A stretch of 64,000 nucleotides of DNA, taken from Botryllus schlosseri. Its lineage: Eukaryota. This document shows, piece by piece, positions 11,767 to 23,400 of this stretch. The position numbers and the translations under genes are program-made. The notes below the pieces were generated by a model. It was given only the letters and a program-made list of their open reading frames with translations. It had not been told where the DNA came from and searched no databases. The DNA lies in the NCBI GenBank assembly GCA_051294905.1, contig CM119374.1, positions 20,832,001 through 20,896,000 of the forward strand, written 5' to 3'. The first letter of the stretch is position 1, and every line of letters begins with the position of its first letter.

Positions 11767-13311
11767 GATATAGCATCATATCCCGTTGCCTTATTGACAT
11801 CATGTCCGTCAATGAACTTAAACATCTAAGAAGTCGAAACGGATTGGAGTGATGGTGGGTGGCTTGGGTTGGACTGAGTCAAGTATTTTGAGTATCGCTT
11901 ACATATGACGTCAAAGGAAGAATGATCATTGACGAAAACCACGTCAATGCGACACTGCGCTGGCATCGTAATTCGGTTTTGACTAGTTTGGCCCCTCGTC
12001 TGAGTTCAAGAGCAAGCGGATTGCGATGTTTTACTGGCAATAAAACGAGACATAATTTCATTTAAAAGGTGATATTTAGCGATACTTTAAGCATCCTCTG
12101 TAACATTCGGACGCACAATGCGGACGCACTTCTCGAGTATTCCGTGACGCAAAAACGAGCAGTAACGAGTCTTCCGTCTTTAACAAGTGACTTCAGACCA
12201 GGACTCGAGAATAGAGAACATTTGACACGACAACAGCATTCTTCTACATCGCAAAACGCATCCTGAAAAACAAATGTGTAGCTTCCCGTGTAGGCTCTAT
12301 ATGTGTTGCCGATTGTGTGGCTCCAACCAAGCTACTACGTTTACAACTGAAAAGGATTGGGATTTGCAATGAACCCCGACGTGATTTCTCGGCTTTCTCC
12401 ATGCTACTGCCAGTCTACTACATTATTCTCCACTCAAGCAAACCCAGTCAAAGTCATGGTCCAACACAATAGTTTGGCAATCTTCATTTCTAGTGCCTCC
12501 TCTGGGCAGAGTTGAACAACTGGAAAATTTTCATCTTTTCTAAATTATATCACGAATTAGCTTCACATTTTTTCAAATGAGATTCGAGTTACCATCACTA
12601 AATCAAATCATCAAATTCCGACAACAGCAAAAATCCAGTTCAGATTATATCAAATCAAAGTTCGATCTCGAGCATGGGAATGGAAAATAGAATACATTGA
12701 GCCGAGTCTGTGCACCAAACTTTGCTCGTTTCGCACTATACAGCTGTCTTGTTGCATTTTTTTAGAAGACCTGAAATGATGGTGACCTGAAATCAGATAA
12801 GAATCTTAAAACTAGAGCACAAAAAATTCCACAATAGTATCATCTAGTTGCGCGAGTCTGCCTCTGGCGTCGGTTGATTATACGTCATCATAATAGAACT
12901 TGACGCCACACAATTCCGACCCGCCCGCTCGTCCTTCTTATACTCGCAACGATGGAGAGCAGACATAACAGCATCTCGTGCAAGCCTCGTCCAAAACAAC
13001 GTTTCGGAGCTGGGTTACTCTTTTTGCACATGTCCATTCTATTACCACCTTGATGGGGTTCTTCCAGTAAACGGAACGAGTGACTCGGCTTCGACATATC
13101 AAGGATCTCGTCTATACCTTGCATATATTTGTATCGCATTTCACCAATTGATATGTACCGTAGACAAATAATGAATATATCTCTAGTAACCGACATTTGC
13201 TTTCACGCCACTTCACGGTTAGTTTACAACCAAGTTTTCCCCGGCAACGGTGAAGATTTATAATTCAAAACATCCTTTCCGGATCAAAATCCCGCTATAT
13301 AATTGATAAAG

Positions 13312-13524
13312 TAAGGTAGGTCCTATTTTAAGAGGATTTTCCCTCTTTTTTCAATAAATTGAAAGTGTCCTCAAAGGACGCCTAAAAGTCCTCTTTTTCG
13401 GGAACTTGTCCTCTTTTTCTGGAAAAAAGTATTAAAATGCCATTAAAACCCTACCGCGACGCAGCGAACGTCAGAGTTTTTCAAGAGTGTCCTATTTTTC
13501 GGATCTCAAAATATGTTAACCCTA
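13312..13524. mobile_element. Blackjack-like MITE remnant
   Basis: GTCCTCTTTTT subterminal repeats and a TGTTAACCCTA right end. Confidence 0.45.
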
Positions 13525-13870
13525 AGTAAAATAATCCGGGTATGCAAGTAAGACTATTTTCTAGTCAGAATATCGGAGACTTGTGACTGTCTGCATATTT
13601 GTGAATCCAAGAGCACATGCAAGGTGGGTGTCGGATTAACATACTACTCCATCGACACCCTCCTATATTTTCATTATATCCCAATCTTGTGGTGTATTGA
13701 TCTGGTGAAAATGTAAACAAACTGATTGACTGAATGGCGCGTAAGAACAACAGACAGATGCGTGCGAATAGTGCACATTGCACACTAGCATTCATCAGTC
13801 TGCGCGAATAAAAATATCTGACTCGTGAAGAATGTCATGGCTAATAATACACCATTGATCAGTTAAAAAT

Positions 13871-13876
13871 TTTATT
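13871..13876 (-). terminator. candidate poly(A) signal of the giant gene
   Basis: First AATAAA I found on the minus strand downstream of the stop, ~485 nt away; no transcript evidence. Confidence 0.4.
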
Positions 13877-14360
13877 GGCTAAGATAAATTCGCGAACACC
13901 TCGTCTCCACAGAGGTCATAAGTGCGTGTTTCGCATTAAATACGCTACATGTTGAAGAAATTAGAACGTCACGTTTGCATAAAAAGAAGCATTAGAACTT
14001 GGAACTGTACATGATTATATGACTTTTGAAGAAAGTGCGCAGAACGAGCTAGCGAACAGACTCCAAGCATACACACGTAAAAAGGTAAACTATATTAATG
14101 CAGTAACTTTATACAAACTCAGGGGACTCAGAGAAGTGTTTGGCTCACAATTCAGCAAATCACACCAGTAGGGCCTAATCTAGTGGCTAAATTTGCAGTG
14201 TTAGTTACGTGCATGTATTGAATATGTGTTCAGTGTGTACTGTGCAGTGTTAAGCTACGTGCACCGCAATCATTGTCAAAACACGGCCACGCCATAATCA
14301 GTACCATCTCGAGAAAAATCTACATAAAAACGATGTCTGTTAGGCTTTTCCATTCTAAAT

Positions 14361-14485
14361 TTACAACGGAAAGTCGGCCCCGCCTCTTTTACGCCTCACG
14401 ATGTAAACAACCAGTGCCACGACGAGCGCAATCAGCAGAACCCCGCCGATGACGCCGAACGCGATCGCCAAGTCTCTGTATTGAA
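14361..14485 (-). CDS. exon 58: TM helix, short tail, stop
   Basis: 125 coding nt; QYRDLAIAFGVIGGVLLIALVVALVVYIVRRKRGGADFPL*. Confidence 0.85.
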
Positions 14486-17400
14486 CTGAGAAGACACGCG
14501 TTTGTCAGCGAGGATCGAAACGCAAATAGCAAAATGTCAAATACCTGTATCTTCACATCTGGAACCCGTGAATGAGCTTGTGCATCTAAAATGAATTGTG
14601 TACAGAGTTGGTCAGACGTAGTCATCGTTGGTACTCAGTAGTAGATTTGAGGCCGTTTGGGAACTACTGTTATAGGCCAAAGGTCAGTGTTTCATTGAAA
14701 GACTACTCCAACTCGTCTTAAATCCCTCATAACCTATCATTCCGTCGAAATCTTGGGGTGTTTTGAATTCGAATTATTCTTAATATACTGAACTGAGAGA
14801 TCAATATAAAATGCTCACAGGCATGACGGTGATCCGTTTGTGGCGCTTCGAATGCAGGTGCCACCGTTGCTGCAGTACGAGTCGGTGCATTGATCTAAAA
14901 TCGAATCAACCTTGTTAACACTGTCGTCTTCAAGGAATACGGACGGTAAAACTCACCAATACAAGAGTCTCCAGTTGATGCCACTGAAACACATCAAAGA
15001 ATGGTGCATAAAAGCAGCGAATTAATATAGGAAAGACCGAGGATTGCGAAATCATGCAATGAATGGACCAGGGTTGGGCAGGTACACAAAAGACAAAAAC
15101 CCTTGGCTACCGATATGTATTTTGTTGTATTAAATGATAGCAATTCAACAGGGCATTGATAATAACAAGCTATAAGCAGATGTGGTTAGTAAAAAAGTAC
15201 TTCTACTTTTACGGAGTACTCGAGTACGTTTTGACAACCTCCGCTTCTACTTCGGTGTTTCATGTCGAACTATGCCTATTTACAATTTTTACAATTTGTA
15301 TTTTGTAAAGTACAAAGTAATTAATGGAAATGTTTGCATCGTTTTCATGATTGAAATTGCGTTAACAACCACGCCCAATAGCACCTGTATCACAGCAACT
15401 GAATATATTTTCGAACATTGCCCATATTTGTAGTCTTTCGTTTTTTAGACACCTCTGATTAACTTCTAAAAGCATGGGACAACCTCGACTAAATCTACTT
15501 TTTGTAACTTAACATAGCACCATTTCGCAACTACCATTTGTTGTTGTTATGATACATCTCGGAAATCTCTGCTTTCACTCCTAATTCAGTCGAAATGTAC
15601 GGCGTTACTTCTACTTCTATTTGAGTACCTTGTTTCCTTTGATCATCTCTGTGTATAAGACAGAGTCCAGTTCTGCATTCAATATACAATATGAATACAC
15701 AAAGCGAATATTGCTTGTGAATAAATCACAATAGTTTGCTGCTGACCTATTGCAATGAACTGAAAGCATGCGCTGGTGTCTATAACATAGTGCTACACAG
15801 CACGAAATAACTGACAAAGAAATGCAATATCTCACGTGTGAATCCCGTGTTGCAAACGCACCGGTAAGAACCGACCGTGTCGGTGCATGTCGCGTTGGCA
15901 AAGCATATCGAAAGCGTGTCGCATTCGTCGTCATTAGCGCACGAGCTTCCGTCGCCGGTATATCCGGCGTTGCAGGTACAGGTGAAGTTACCGGGCGTGT
16001 TTGCGCAATTCGCATTTCTGGAATATATAATGTTTGTTGCAAAATGCTGTATCAAACAAATTCAGACTCGATAGTTACTGGCAACTGAATTGAAAATATT
16101 TTCACTAGCCAATCACCATTTCTGACCTGCATATTGCATATAATTGACTAAAACATTCAAGTTCTATTTGGGGAAGTGGAAAAAAGGATGGACGAACAGT
16201 TGAGCCCCATTCTCACATATTATTATACATGTTACCGAATATATTTTTAAAATGTATATTAAGTTCTGTGCTCCAAAAGAATCTTCAAATACACTACCTT
16301 AATACAACGAAACACTTCAGCAAGAAAAGCTGAGGGTTTTAATATATTTACGTAATGAATATACATTTGTATAGGTCAGCTGGAAAGCATTTCTACTTTT
16401 TTGGAGTATTCAAGTAGGTGCTGCTTGCGCAAGTGGTTTTCTTTAAACTACTTCTATTTATACCTCTCAGTATTTAGGTAAAACTACTCACCTTGTATTT
16501 AATTGACTGAAAAGTACTAAAGCAAGTTGTTGTGGCTACTTTCAATATCACAGGGTGTATCTCTGCACTCAAAACGACTAAGGACACAACAAATTACAAA
16601 ATATATACAGTTACTGTTATACAACAGATATGTTGCCCTGTTGTTAAGAAAACTTCACTCAAAGACTTTGACGGAAATGTCTCTCAAAACTACTTTCTGC
16701 TTTACAAAATCCAAAGTGCAAATGGTAGGTTATTTTGCCTACAAAACTGTAGAAGTATAATTAGTCAAAAACATAACTACTTCAACAAGTATCACAAGTA
16801 GGCAAAACTCTCTTGATTATTTCAAAAAAGTAGAAGTTCTTCTTACTAAACACATCTGTACATTAATATATTGGAAATTTTACCCCATGATAATAGGTAG
16901 TTAAATACAGCTATCCGAAATGGCTGAAAACACAATTATAAGAACAAATTTCATCACTTACGTATCACATGGACCGCTCGTGCATTCATCTTCATCAACA
17001 CAGGTCACAGTCCCCTGCAAATTGTATCCGGACCCACAGCCACACCTTTCCTCGCCGTTGTATTCGTAACAAAATCCAGCCGCGTCACAAGTTAACGTGG
17101 AGCAGTTCGATGCTGAAACAGGAAATCTCGTGAAGATATCGATATCATGAAATGAATTTCAGCCTTACATAGAACAGGCAAGGTGCTGAATAAATCGTCG
17201 CCGGCTGTCGCGTCGTAGTAATCAGATATCACGACAACAGCAGGTAGTGGCCTGGCTGTTTCAATCACGTACCTGGTGAAATTAATTGGTTCGGATATTA
17301 GTGCAACAAAAACATGCCCTAGTCATTAGTCATCTTCGATAATCGCGAAATTACTTCACGTAATTTCAGAATGAGCCACCACCGATTAATCGCTAAAAGT

Positions 17401-20400
17401 ATGTGATCCTGACCAAATCTACTTTTCAAAACTACTTGAATATTTTCAGATCTTTCATTTTTCCACTTTCACTCGAAGTAACCCTAATAAGTCTTGCAAA
17501 TTACTTTTCCGTGGTAATAGAGTAGACATGTACGGCGTTACTTTTACTTCTACTTGAGTAGCATTCCTGATTACTCTAACCATCCTCTGCTAACTGGACT
17601 CGGCACACCTAGCCGGGATGGCACATTTCAAAAGCACGTACTGGAAACTTGGACAGGCTAGAACTTTAGTTCACTTTGTAAAAATATCAGGTGAGGGCTC
17701 TCAACTTAACAGAGATTAAAATCTTGACTAAAATCCCGACCAAGCTCAACACTGATCGCCACAGTTTACTTCACTATACTCACGTCACAACGATGGAAGT
17801 ACCGTCTCCGTTGGTGTAAAGTGCGGACACAAATGTAAAATCGCCGGGATAACGAAGAGTAACTTGGCTCTGGACTTCGGCGTCTAAATCCGCCAAAGTA
17901 ACAGCGGCCCGGGCCAGCGACGAATTGTATTCATATTTGGTTATCACTTGCATCACAGTCAGCCGCGTTACGTTTCCTGTGAGAAAGTCAGAAGTAGGAT
18001 CGTCGACCAGTTTAGGATATCTAACTAACAACTATGAAAAACTCACCTACAGATAGACACAAATAATGTGAATTCATGGTTTACAAACCGGGTAGGAATA
18101 GGAATTTATGGTCGCTTCGGAAGCAGATATGGTAGTATTACATTCACTCTAGCAAATAATTTACTGAACCGGTGTCAAACGAAAGCTACGGACGCACTGA
18201 TTTCGAAAAAATAATCTATAATCTGGTCAGGGCACTGAAACTACCCCAAAATCGACCGTGAAATTCGGAAATAGGAATTATTCCGAACAATCAGAGCAAT
18301 ACGATAACCAAAACAATGAGAGGTGATCAAAGGAGCCTCATTGATACCCAAGTTGATGCAGAAGTAACATGTTACCCCAATGCAAGTAGTGATTTTCAAG
18401 TAGGTAAAAAAGTAAGCATTCTACGCCTAGTGTTGTATAAAAACTGAAAAATGCAATCTAAGTATTCTAAATTTTTTGGGTAGTTGCGTGGACCCTATAA
18501 CAATGAAATTTGGGAGGCTGATGAAACAAATAGGTCACCACTTCTGCACAGTCGTAATGACTGATACAAGTCATCATTTTCATGCTGAAAATAAGACAAA
18601 ATAAGGACGCAAAACAAAAATATGGACATATCTTACAAATGCGGAGTTTTATAGTTGTAGTTGCAACCTTTCAAGGATGCCTTCGAACTAGTTCATGGAC
18701 CCTCAAAGGGGCTCATGGACCTTGGCTAAGACCTCATGCCATATCTGTTTACGAAGCGATCATAAACTGGTACCTGTGCCTAGTTTCCTTACCGTGCAGT
18801 TAGGTGGTTTTGCATCTATCCTTGGGTTTATTATCTATAATCAAACTTGTGAATTTACCAATGCAGCTCGTTACGCCATCGCCGACGTAGTAAGTATCGC
18901 ATTCGCACGAGTAACTGCCAAAAGTGTTGTCGCAGACGGCATTTGAGTGACAAAGACTGCTGCTTTGCAAGCACTCGTCCGTGTCCACGCAGTTGGTGCA
19001 AGTTTGCGAAGCCAAACACGTAGGGCCCGTCGTTCCGTTTGAGCATTCGCAGCTGTAACTGCCGAGAGTGTCCTGGCAAACTCGATCGTTCGGACAGTCA
19101 AAGCTTCCGTTAGCGCATTCGTCGGTGTTGTTGCAGTTAGTACCTGATGCGGGACACAGATGATGGAAATGTTGTGCAGTGGGTAAACTGATACTTTGAC
19201 ATGCACCAAGATGAGGCTGACATATATTCGGCGCTCAACTTTCAGGTAAATAGATATATATATTCAATTTATATAACAATTCTTTTATAAGCTACATTTG
19301 GCGTACTGCATCCAATCCTTTTTTGTGTCATGTAACATTTGAATTTCAAGTTTGAATGCGCACTCTCTCTATCTCCACATTGTGACATATCAGTGGACCT
19401 GTGACACCTTGGAAATCTATTTTTGCAGTGGCTTATATCCAGATGCCGTTGTTTCAATGAGAAATTTTGAGTCGTTTTTCGTCATCAAACATTAATAAAC
19501 TATTACCTACTATTAACTAAATTATTTGCACTTGAAATTGTCCTTGCAATACTGAAATTATCAAATCTTCACACGATGAATTTAAAATTATAAAAATAAT
19601 ACTTGTAATGACACTCAGTCTTGCCTTCGGCGAACATGTAACGGGAATTTAATCGTTTCAGACTACAGAGATATGAGAGCCACTGTTCTGACGCTAGTCC
19701 CAAGTTTATTGCATATGTTTGAGTAGATCACACAAAGACAGCACAGGCATGGTAAAAGGTTAGATCAGTGGTTCTCAACCTTTTTGTCTTCGCGGACCCC
19801 TTTCGGACCATCACGGACCCCCACAAAGTTTTAGTTCGCATTCAACTCAATTATCGTGCAATCGTCATCTGTCTTTTGCAAATGATAACTGTAGGCTTAG
19901 TGATAAACAGCAACAAAATGACTTTTGGTGAAAATAAGATCATACTATTCATGTAGAAATTCGGTTGAATTCTAATATTTCAAAGCGAATTCTGCAACTG
20001 CATTTCCTGAAATACGTGATCGTATCTTGAAAATCCGTGAATTTGATTTGATATGAACGAGTGCCGAAAATCCATTTCGATAAATACAGATGGTGGCGAA
20101 TGTGATAATAACGTGTAATAACGCGACGACACCTTTGGGTATGATAGCAACAAATATAGCACCAACATTGACAAATTACTGAACACACAACGTCGAGTGT
20201 GATCATTTGAATCTAGCACAGTGGTTCCCAACCTTTATCGAATAATCGCCCCCTTCTCAAGCTCGACACAAATTTTCGCTCCCCAATATTGACGAATCCA
20301 AAAAAGAGACCTATATACGGGAAAATTATTGATCTAATACTGATTGCTGGTGAATTGACTAAAAATAAGGTCATTATCAGAGTAGGTGCTCTGAAAACCG

Positions 20401-23400
20401 GTTGGCGCGTCCATTTTCCGTTTAGTTTTGACAAAGGCAATTTTTTTCACCTAAAAGGGAAGATTTTGACCTAATAATTCACAATTTTAACATTTTTTTA
20501 CCCTAAAAACCTACTAAAAACCAATGCCCACGCAGTTTTTCTTCAGTTAGGATATTGCGGTACGTTCAGCAAAACACCATGTCAACCTATTTCTTTCATT
20601 TGACCGTTTATGATTCACAATGAGCAGATAATGTGCCGTCTACAACGGTAGGCCTAAAAAGTAGGCTAAAAGCTGTAAAATGTCGTATGAAAAGCTCACC
20701 GACAGTGCAAACATCTAAGAGAAAAACGAAATGCAGGATGCAAAAAATTTTGGACTTTGTAAACAATTTTGACAATTTTTTGACCCAACGTTACAATTTT
20801 GACAAAATTTTGACTTATTTTGACGTGTTTACAAAAAAATCGCCCTAGTTATGATGACCATTTTTAGTCAACTTTCGTGTCACATGCAGAATATGCCGTC
20901 TTCACGTGTATTTTTTGGACGTGGTAATTAAATATATCTAACAGGACGTTCTAACATTTTCGCCCTCCATCGTGCCCCAGTCAGCCCCTTTGGCATTTTC
21001 GCCCCCTTCTTTCTCAAAACCTCCCACTGGGGTGCGATATCGCCCCCATTGGGAACCACTGATCTAGCACCTTATCTTTAAGTTGTTATGGAAAAATGGA
21101 TTTTTGTAAACATTTCCAAGTCACCATGATTGACCTTACTCATCCAACTTATTATTTTTTCTACAATCCCCAACAAAACATCTCTAAACAGCAAAATGTT
21201 AGTATCAGTAGGCTATTGGCAATTTAGCAATTAAAATGAGTCTGCACAATACGATATTGCATCTCAGACGGCAATTCCGTTGATGTGAGCTCTGGAATTT
21301 TACTATAGTATTGAAGCGAAAGTGCCTTGTGATTTTCCCAGTTTCAAAAAATACAAATTAGATTATCAACTGTTTTTGACGCTTCACGGACCCCCGGTTG
21401 AGAACCACTGGGTTAGATATACTTGACAGTCATCATATATCGTGAAGAGACCTATAAGTTTCATTTATCGCGTATATTTTTAAGTTTGAGATATCAAATA
21501 ATGGAATAGGCATTGGGATCTGGGATCTTAAAATTGCAAACCATTTTCCACGAATCCGTTAGGACAATAGCAGTGGTAATTTCCCTCTGTGTTGTTGCAA
21601 GCAAAGTTGTCCTCACATACGGATGAAGCGCATTCGTCAATGTCGCTACAGATCTGAAGTAGGAAAACATTTTAATATTGAAAAAAATATATGTCAAGCG
21701 ATATCGCTGATTTTTTCGATTGGCGGGTTCATGATGCATGCACAACAGACATCTCGACAACTAGAATTAACGCGTAAAAGGAGTAGATTTATCGGCAGTT
21801 TATGACTGATGTTCCTCGAATGTAAGTGGTTCGCAAGGCTATCTGAGCTATACTGTAACTGTAACCAGATAAAGCCAACTTGAGTACTTTCCCAGCAGTA
21901 ATGTTACACAGAGATGGCCCGTAAAGAATTAGTTCTACTTTTTCAAAGTACTCAGGCTGTTTTCGCTAACTTACCCCTGATGATACATCGCATAACATAA
22001 TCATGTCAACGCATCATCAAATGGGCATTGTGCAATATGAATATAGGCAGTTCTATATAAATATGTGCATCGTTAGGAAATTGCATCTTTTTCAGCTAAT
22101 CGTAAAACTAATATTCGAAACCCCTCCACTTACATCGTTACCACCAGAGTATCCGGTCACACAATTGCACACGAAAGAGCCGACTGTGTTTTGGCATACT
22201 GCTGTATCTGAGCAAGAATCGTTGAAGGAACATTCGTCACGATCCACGCATACTTCTCCATCAATCACGTATCCTAAAAAGCAATTCACGCTTGCAACAG
22301 GAACAAGCAAAGTACAGAACTCCTTTTATTGCTATAAATTAAAGTTCAAAATGTGATGTTATGTTTATAACCCTACGCAGTAGACCTACTATTTTTAATG
22401 TGATCCTTACCACTCTTGCAGACGCAGTAGTACGATCCCACAGTGTTCTGGCAATCTCCATCCGTGCATGTGATAGACTGGCATTCATCGATGTCAAGGC
22501 ACTGGGTTGAAGGGTCACCACTAGTAGAAAAAAGACAAGTTCACTACCAGACTGCAGTAAGATTAGATGAAGTCATAGGAGCTTGTCCTATCCTAGTGCC
22601 ATGTGCAAATTGAGATTGAAGTTGAAACACAAAGCGGCGGGAAACTTGATAGTAGTATATTAAGACTAGAGGTAATTAGTAACCAAATACTTCTACTCGT
22701 AGTACTTGAGTGGGTTTGTACATTTCCATTACTTTACAGTAAATACGTTTGTACTCTACTTCAGATGTCACTTTTTCCAGTTTTTCAAGTCAAACTATTC
22801 ATTACATTGTAAAGTAATTGGATCGATTTAGGTTGCTTACACCAATTAAGTTAACATCAAAACTGTGCATCGCAGACCCAATATAATACTAACATATTTT
22901 CCGAAATCACACCTATTCTTATCATCATCATTAGTCACCGGCTCATCCAAATCTACTACTTTAAACTGATCGCTTGAGCATTTCAAAATCCCTCCTGATT
23001 TTCCTTACACTTAAAGTAGTTACCGCATACCTCGAAATTTGTTACTGCCCCTTGTAATCAGGTAGATATTTACGGCATCACTTCAAGTCGTGCTAGAATA
23101 TAAGTACCAACAGTAACCACAGTTTGTCAAAATAGTCAGCATTGCTACACAAGCATAATTGAGAAAAATGCCTGACAAGCACTCAAAAAGTAGATTTGGT
23201 TGTGAGCTTCGAGTAATCTTAGCAGTCATTTGTGAAATATATAAACAGCTATGAATCCCACGAAAAAGGTAAGCAGTATTGAGTCAAAAAATGTTAAGCA
23301 GAAGTGAAATTGGTCGAAAAACATAACCACTCGAGTAACTAGTACAAGATAACAAAACCTACGCGATTACTCTGAAAATGTAGAAACAATTAGCTACCGA

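Noticed and set aside
12878-13171. 98-codon plus-strand open frame with NVS/NGT sequons, possible exon of a neighbouring gene
   Set aside because: No recognisable domain, no convincing donor site, no linked exons; needs BLAST/RNA-seq.
1-14360. Downstream PTP or ZP domain exons that would make the giant gene an RPTP or UMODL1
   Set aside because: No HCSAG-type or ZP Cys pattern seen, and an in-frame stop follows the TM. Gene symbols (UMODL1, FBN, PTPRx) are therefore withheld.
15617-16088. Several overlapping ORFs (141, 88, 65 aa) around exon 54, and similar ones around other exons
   Set aside because: Alternative-frame or antisense shadows of GC-richer exons; only the Cys-patterned frame fits the splice model.
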